DNA of 64,000 nt from an uncultured Clostridia bacterium. Lineage in GTDB: Bacteria > Bacillota > Clostridia > Christensenellales > Borkfalkiaceae. The position numbers were made by a program, and so were the translations under genes. The notes beneath the pieces were generated by a model. That model saw only the letters and a list, made by a program, of their open reading frames with translations. It had not been told where the DNA came from and ran no database searches. The stretch covers positions 18,754-82,753 of the forward strand of contig CAKQLR010000003.1 in NCBI GenBank assembly GCA_934254725.1. The letters run 5' to 3'. Shown piece by piece: positions 59,328 to 64,000 of this stretch (position 1 is its first letter; every line of letters starts with the position of its first letter).

Positions 59328-60779
59328 ATGAATAAATACATTAAAAAAGTTATAAATCTGCTTTTATGCTTTATAATGTCTCTTGCCTTTTGCGGGTGTA
59401 ACGTCACGGGGGATTCCGGTTCCGACAGCGGGAATTCGTCCTCCGGCTCAGGGGAAGATAAGATAACTTATTCCACGTACGGTTCGTATTGGTTTAACAA
59501 TCACGGATATAAAGTTATGCCCGTGGGCGCGTACAATTCCCTTCCTCCCGCAAAATACGGGTACACGAAGAATTTCCTTACCGACGAAAACATTTTCATA
59601 GATTATGCCGAAGCAGGCGTAAACACGCTTATGGGGCTTACCGATTACGTGGGGCTTAATCAGCAGGACGTACTTACCGCTCTCGATTACGCGTACGAAT
59701 ACGGTATGGCTTACCTTCTCGCGTACTCGGGCGCTGCCGACGCGAATAATTCCGCAACGATTAAAAGCACACTTTCAAGGGTTATGTACCACGACTCCTT
59801 TGCGGGAATAATGCTTTCGGACGAACCCGGCAAAGTTATGTTTGAAAAGCTTGCAACCGCCCGCAACGCCTTTTCTATCGCGTTATCGGACGTTGACGGC
59901 AAACTATATCACGTAAACCTCTTCCCGACGTATGCAAGCTCGAAACAACTTTGGTTCAGATCTTACGCCTCTGACGACGTTCTGCCCGTAGAAAGCTATT
60001 CTTACGAACAATACCTGAAAGATTACATGCAAACTTATAATCCGCAGGTGCTTTCCTACGACTTCTATCCCATAACGGGCAGCTTCCCGAAGCTGGCAAA
60101 CGGATATTTTGAAAATATGTCCGTTATCCGCAGTACCGCGGCGGAAGCGAATATCCCGTTCTGGACGTACATTCAGACTTGTTCTTTCGCCAACGGTCAG
60201 CGCCTTTCCACGCAAGCGGATTTAAACTGGAACGTAAACACCTGCCTTGCATACGGCGCGAAAGGCATACAGTACTTCTGCGGAGTAAACCCGATGGCTT
60301 CGGGCGGAGAGCATTTTGACGGCTCTATGTTCGACATTAACGGGAACAAAACGGAAATGTACGACAGAGTTAAAAATATAAATAAAACCATAGCCGCGGT
60401 GGACGAATACCTTATGTGCGCAAAGAGCAAGGGCGTCATCGTGGCGGGCGTTATGCCCCAACTTAACGGCGGCGAAAACAGAATGTCTATCCCCGAAAAA
60501 GATTTGCTTTCTTCTTTCAACGAACTAAGCTCCGTCGTTTCTAATCACGCGCTTGTAGGGTGCTTCGATTACAACGGCAAGACGGCTTTATACGTCGTGA
60601 ACAACGCCGTTGCGGACGATACCGTAGAAAACTTTACGGCAAATACGGACGTAACGCTTACGTTCGGCAAGAGCGTTTCGGGCACGGTAATAACCGCCGC
60701 AAAAAAAACGGATTTCAACGGCACTACTCTCACCGAAAATCTGGACGCGGGCGAAGCGTTCCTTGTAGTATTAAACTAA
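59328..60779 (+). CDS. Secreted lipoprotein, paralog of 51638..53047 (putative glycosidase-like)
   Basis: Lipobox LAFCGC. Blocks shared with the paralog, written as this protein vs the paralog: GIMLSDEP vs GCFIGDEP; VLSYDFYPIT vs YISYDHYPLY; FWTYIQTCSF vs IWTFLQSISF; CLAYGAKGIQYFCG vs FLAYGGDGIQWFCF. Confidence 0.75.
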   Translation: MNKYIKKVINLLLCFIMSLAFCGCNVTGDSGSDSGNSSSGSGEDKITYSTYGSYWFNNHGYKVMPVGAYNSLPPAKYGYTKNFLTDENIFIDYAEAGVNTLMGLTDYVGLNQQDVLTALDYAYEYGMAYLLAYSGAADANNSATIKSTLSRVMYHDSFAGIMLSDEPGKVMFEKLATARNAFSIALSDVDGKLYHVNLFPTYASSKQLWFRSYASDDVLPVESYSYEQYLKDYMQTYNPQVLSYDFYPITGSFPKLANGYFENMSVIRSTAAEANIPFWTYIQTCSFANGQRLSTQADLNWNVNTCLAYGAKGIQYFCGVNPMASGGEHFDGSMFDINGNKTEMYDRVKNINKTIAAVDEYLMCAKSKGVIVAGVMPQLNGGENRMSIPEKDLLSSFNELSSVVSNHALVGCFDYNGKTALYVVNNAVADDTVENFTANTDVTLTFGKSVSGTVITAAKKTDFNGTTLTENLDAGEAFLVVLN

Positions 60780-60797
60780 AAAACAAAGGGGTAAAAC

Positions 60798-62018
60798 ATG
60801 ATGAAAAAGATTGTTTCAAACATAGCGCTGTTTTGCTTAATTGCCTGTTTATGCGCGTTTTACGGGGTATTTCCTGTTAAGACGTCGGCGAACGGCGGAG
60901 AAAAACTTGCCGATTTCGGCGACGATTTCGAAAGCTATCAAACGGGCAATTATATAGAAAATACCCCCACCTTCTCCAAAAAATGGACGAACAACTATCT
61001 TGCCGGCGGAGAGGCTCAGGGAATGGACGCACATCTTATAAAAATAGCCAAACCGGAATACGAAAACGGTTCTTCGGGCAATAAGGTTCTGCACCTGAAC
61101 AACGCCGCCACCGGGCTTGATTCCTTCTTTCATATAGGTCCCGCAGGCGACTACAGGGTAAAGAATTTTACCGTTTCGTTCAGGGTTAAGTTCCTGACAG
61201 AAAGCGTCGGCGAGCGCAGTTGGGTAGGTATTTCGTTCAGAAAGAAAGCCGAAAGCGCGTATACCGGGACGAACAATCTTTTGTTCACGATACAGCGTTA
61301 CGTCAGCGGAAACAAGATAACGGCGCACTCCTACGCAATATTCGACGGCGGTTCGGCAAACGACATATCGGACGTTTCGATGAAGTCCTTATTCGGTGAT
61401 AAACTCGATTATTCTTCGTCCGTATACACCGTTCCCGACGGGCAAAGCAACGCCGACCTCCCCTGGGTGGAATATAAACTTACGGCCAACGGAAATCATT
61501 ATCAGACTTTCGTAAACGGCATTAACGTCGTCGATTGTACTTTCGATATACCATCTTACGATTATTTCGGCTATCTGAGCCTGAATTGCTGTACTGCAAA
61601 CGTTCTTGTGGATGATTTTGCCTTGCAGGTTCAGGACGAAACTCTGCCCCCTGTAATCGGTAAATTAAACGCGCCCGTTCTTACCCTTAACGAAGAGGAA
61701 AAGTCCGTTTCGTGGGAAGCGATAGACGGGGCTAATCTCTACACCGTTTATCTTGACGGCACAGCCGTAAAAACTTTTGCGAAAACAAAATACACGTTTG
61801 AAAGCGATTTGCCCGCAGGCGAATATAAAATTGCGGTAAAAGCCGTTTCGGAAGACGCCTTCGTCGTTCGCGACAGCGATTTATCCGAAGAAATAACTTA
61901 CACGGTAAAGGCGGCAGGCGGAGAAAAGAAAGGCTGTAAAGGTTCTTTGCTTTCCCCCGTTTCGCTCGGCGCGGTCGTTTTATTAAGCTGTGCAACCCTA
62001 AAAAAGAAACGCAAATAA
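60798..62018 (+). CDS. Cell-surface protein with a ConA/LamG-like module, an FN3-like module and a Gly-Cys C-terminal anchor signal
   Basis: 406 aa with a signal peptide. VLVDDFALQV is a jelly-roll end strand. The FN3-like block is SVSWEAIDGANLYTVYLDG...GEYKIAVKA. The tail is KGCKGSLLSPVSLGAVVLLSCATLKKKRK. Confidence 0.85.
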   Translation: MMKKIVSNIALFCLIACLCAFYGVFPVKTSANGGEKLADFGDDFESYQTGNYIENTPTFSKKWTNNYLAGGEAQGMDAHLIKIAKPEYENGSSGNKVLHLNNAATGLDSFFHIGPAGDYRVKNFTVSFRVKFLTESVGERSWVGISFRKKAESAYTGTNNLLFTIQRYVSGNKITAHSYAIFDGGSANDISDVSMKSLFGDKLDYSSSVYTVPDGQSNADLPWVEYKLTANGNHYQTFVNGINVVDCTFDIPSYDYFGYLSLNCCTANVLVDDFALQVQDETLPPVIGKLNAPVLTLNEEEKSVSWEAIDGANLYTVYLDGTAVKTFAKTKYTFESDLPAGEYKIAVKAVSEDAFVVRDSDLSEEITYTVKAAGGEKKGCKGSLLSPVSLGAVVLLSCATLKKKRK

Positions 62019-62049
62019 CGATTGATTCCTCCTCTTGTCGCGTTTCTTA

Positions 62050-62097
62050 TTGACTATTTGCGGATTTTGGATTAAAATGTTATTCAAAACATTTTAA
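62050..62097 (+). promoter_or_regulatory. Promoter of the ROK regulator gene overlapped by a perfect 10+10 bp palindrome (candidate operator)
   Basis: TTGACT (62050-62055), 17 nt, TAAAAT (62073-62078). The palindrome TTAAAATGTT-attcaa-AACATTTTAA spans 62072-62097. Confidence 0.6.
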
Positions 62098-62119
62098 AAA
62101 CATTATTATCGGTGGGAAT

Positions 62120-63301
62120 ATGCAGGTAAGAAATCAATCTTATTTAAGACGTAAAAACAAAAACAGTATACTTGAAATACTCAGAACAAAAACTCAAAGC
62201 TACTCCGACATCGCGCGCGAGCTGAAACTAAGCAACACCGCCGTATCTAAAATCGTGGACGATCTTATCGAACAGGATTTAGTGTACAGGGAAAGCGACG
62301 CCAAAGGCAGAACGGGCATAAATTTATCCATAAACGAAAATTACGGGTATATTGTGGCAATCGACCTTTCACGCTGGCAAATAGTAATAAGCGCCGCGAA
62401 TTTTTCGAGCGAAATTCTCGAAACCGTTTATCTCGAGGGCATAAACTTCAGAAAGAGCGATCTTGAATTGATAGTAAACGCCGTACGAATGATTACGGAG
62501 AGTAAAAAACTCAAAGGTTTAAAACTTCGCTGTATCTCCATTGCCACACCGGGAAAAATAGACAAGGAAAGCGGAGAGTTTATCCTCAACCCTCGTTTCA
62601 GAGAACTCGGGGCCATCTCTTTAAAAACGCTTTTCGAAAAGGAATTCGGTTGTCTCGTCGTTTTAAAGAACGACATCAACCTTGCGCTCGCGGCAGAAAA
62701 AACGTACGGACAAACCTTGAGCGAAACGGTTAACGCGTTGATGCTTCACATAGACGTAGGCGTTGGCGCCGCGCTTCTTATCGACGGCAAAGTTTATGAG
62801 GGCAGCCACGGATTCGCCGGCGAAATAGGCTACTTTAAAGTCAATATGCTCCTCGACGAAAACAACTACGGCAACCTGAATTTCGGCAACTACTTCGACT
62901 CGACTTCGCTGTTCAGCTCCCTTTCGATAATAAAAAGAGAACTGAGCCTCGGCAGAAAAAGCGTTATTTCGGACTGGCTGAAAAAACGCGGGCAGAGCTG
63001 GGACGACGCGACGATCGCGGATATGATAAAAGCGTATAACGAAAACGACGAACTTACCGTAACCGTTCTTCACTCGGCGGCGAGGGTTATCGGGAACTTT
63101 GCCGTTTGCATTGCGGAGTTACTCGACGTAGACGCCATTATTCTCAACGGTTCGGTTTCGGAGTTCGGCGAAAGATATTTAAATTACATCTCCGCTTTTA
63201 CCAAAGAGTACAGAGTGGTATATTCCGAATTAAAAGAAAAAGCACCCACCATGGGTGCGATAAACGCGGGTATCCTGTCCGTTTACGACAAGATACTTTA
63301 A
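62120..63301 (+). CDS. ROK family transcriptional regulator (NagC/XylR-like)
   Basis: 393 aa with an N-terminal wHTH (SYSDIARELKLSNTAVSKIVDDL) and a sugar-kinase-like fold with ROK-type Gly-rich blocks (GFAGEIGY). Confidence 0.85.
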   Translation: MQVRNQSYLRRKNKNSILEILRTKTQSYSDIARELKLSNTAVSKIVDDLIEQDLVYRESDAKGRTGINLSINENYGYIVAIDLSRWQIVISAANFSSEILETVYLEGINFRKSDLELIVNAVRMITESKKLKGLKLRCISIATPGKIDKESGEFILNPRFRELGAISLKTLFEKEFGCLVVLKNDINLALAAEKTYGQTLSETVNALMLHIDVGVGAALLIDGKVYEGSHGFAGEIGYFKVNMLLDENNYGNLNFGNYFDSTSLFSSLSIIKRELSLGRKSVISDWLKKRGQSWDDATIADMIKAYNENDELTVTVLHSAARVIGNFAVCIAELLDVDAIILNGSVSEFGERYLNYISAFTKEYRVVYSELKEKAPTMGAINAGILSVYDKIL

Positions 63302-63311
63302 GAGATTTTAT

Positions 63312-64000
63312 ATGAATGTAACGGTTGATTTCGCCGCTTCCGAATTAAAGCGGTATTTAAACTTAATAACGGGAACAAACGGCGAAATAGCTCTTTTTGT
63401 TCGGGACGAAAGCGAGAACACAGGCGATATATTCGCGGAAAAGTGTACGGTCTGCGTACGCTCGGGCAAGGGAAGCATATCGGCAAACCGTCCGCGCGCG
63501 CTTCTTATCGGCGTGTACGAATTTTTAAGACGGCTCGGTTGTCGTTTTACCCGCCCCGGGAAAGACGGCGAAGTGATCCCCGAAATGAAATTAGAAGACG
63601 TTTCCGCGGAGTTCGAATTCATTCCAGAAAACCGCCACAGGGGCATTACAATCGAGGGCGCGGTCAGCTTCGAAAACATTTCGGAAACGATAGACTGGTC
63701 GGTGAAGAACGGCTTTAACAGTTATTTCACGCAGTTTATGAACTCGTACGAATTTTTCAACCGTTGGTACGAGCACATCGGAAACCCGTTCCTTAAGCCC
63801 GAAAAACTTGAAAAATCGACCGTAGAAGAATATATCAAAAAAATTGTGGCGGAACTGAAAAAACGCGATATGATCTACCACGCCGTAGGTCACGGTTGGA
63901 CGCCCGCCGCACTCGGAATAAACTGTAACGGCTGGAGCGATAACGACTATACGCTTCCGCCCGAAAAGAAAAATTTACTTGCCGAAATAGGCGGAAAACG
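63312..64000 (+). CDS. DUF4838-like / GH20-fold-like protein, N-terminal 229 aa; the 3' end runs off the window
   Basis: Absent from the ORF track. My own translation is open from the ATG at 63312 to the window end: MNVTVDFAASELKRYL...RALLIGVYEFLRRLGCRFTRPG...NRHRGITIEGA. There is no signal peptide. The family call is from motif recall only. Confidence 0.55.
   Translation, partial: MNVTVDFAASELKRYLNLITGTNGEIALFVRDESENTGDIFAEKCTVCVRSGKGSISANRPRALLIGVYEFLRRLGCRFTRPGKDGEVIPEMKLEDVSAEFEFIPENRHRGITIEGAVSFENISETIDWSVKNGFNSYFTQFMNSYEFFNRWYEHIGNPFLKPEKLEKSTVEEYIKKIVAELKKRDMIYHAVGHGWTPAALGINCNGWSDNDYTLPPEKKNLLAEIGGK

Overview
This 64 kb window looks like core chromosome from a low-to-moderate GC Gram-positive anaerobe, probably Clostridia. 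That guess rests on gene content and order only, with no database search. I found no transposase, integrase, CRISPR array, rRNA or recognisable defence genes.

Gene content, left to right:
- 1-7363 (-): an Enterococcus-hirae-type V-ATPase operon in the order G/H-I-K-E-C-F-A-B, with B truncated by the window edge.
- 7.5-28.4 kb: two tandem DegV genes, an SGNH hydrolase, a membrane-anchored XRE regulator, TraX, a ClC channel, an O-antigen-ligase-like protein, VanW, cardiolipin synthase, a TIGR01212 radical SAM protein, an alpha/beta hydrolase, PyrR, a D-2-hydroxyacid dehydrogenase, ArgS, a DUF368 protein, ManA, Mrp/ApbC, MnmA and tRNA-Arg(CCG).
- 28.5-30.4 kb: an integral membrane protein and a PadR/DUF1700 pair.
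- 41.5-51.2 kb: a MerR/aldo-keto-reductase pair, a lipoprotein, an HtrA-like protease, HemW, LepA, a Rho with a long N-terminal insertion, an MBL-fold hydrolase and a DUF1934 protein.

The most interesting content is two carbohydrate-uptake loci, locus A (30.6-41.2 kb, minus strand) and locus B (51.5 kb to beyond 64 kb, plus strand). Both follow the same unusual blueprint:
- a CUT1-type ABC importer with no ATPase gene;
- two paralogous secreted lipoproteins from uncharacterised putative glycosidase families (GxGYxYP in A, an unnamed TIM-barrel-like family in B);
- two beta-sandwich surface proteins. All four end in the same tripartite tail: Gly-Cys-x-[GS]-[SG], a hydrophobic helix, then an RKK-type basic cluster. 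This looks like a sorting signal.

Locus A is driven by a consensus TTGACA/TATAAT promoter whose 16-nt spacer contains a G10 homopolymer, which makes it a candidate phase-variable switch.

Other sequence-level oddities:
- five CTCTAC hexamers at exact 21-bp phasing (10415-10504);
- a roughly 20-27 nt intergenic motif or hairpin family centred on CGCGC, present in at least 13 copies;
- a MerR-type promoter with a 19-bp spacer;
- perfect palindromic candidate operators at the PadR and ROK promoters.

All functional calls come from my own reading of the translated ORFs and from motif recall. No searches or folding programs were run.
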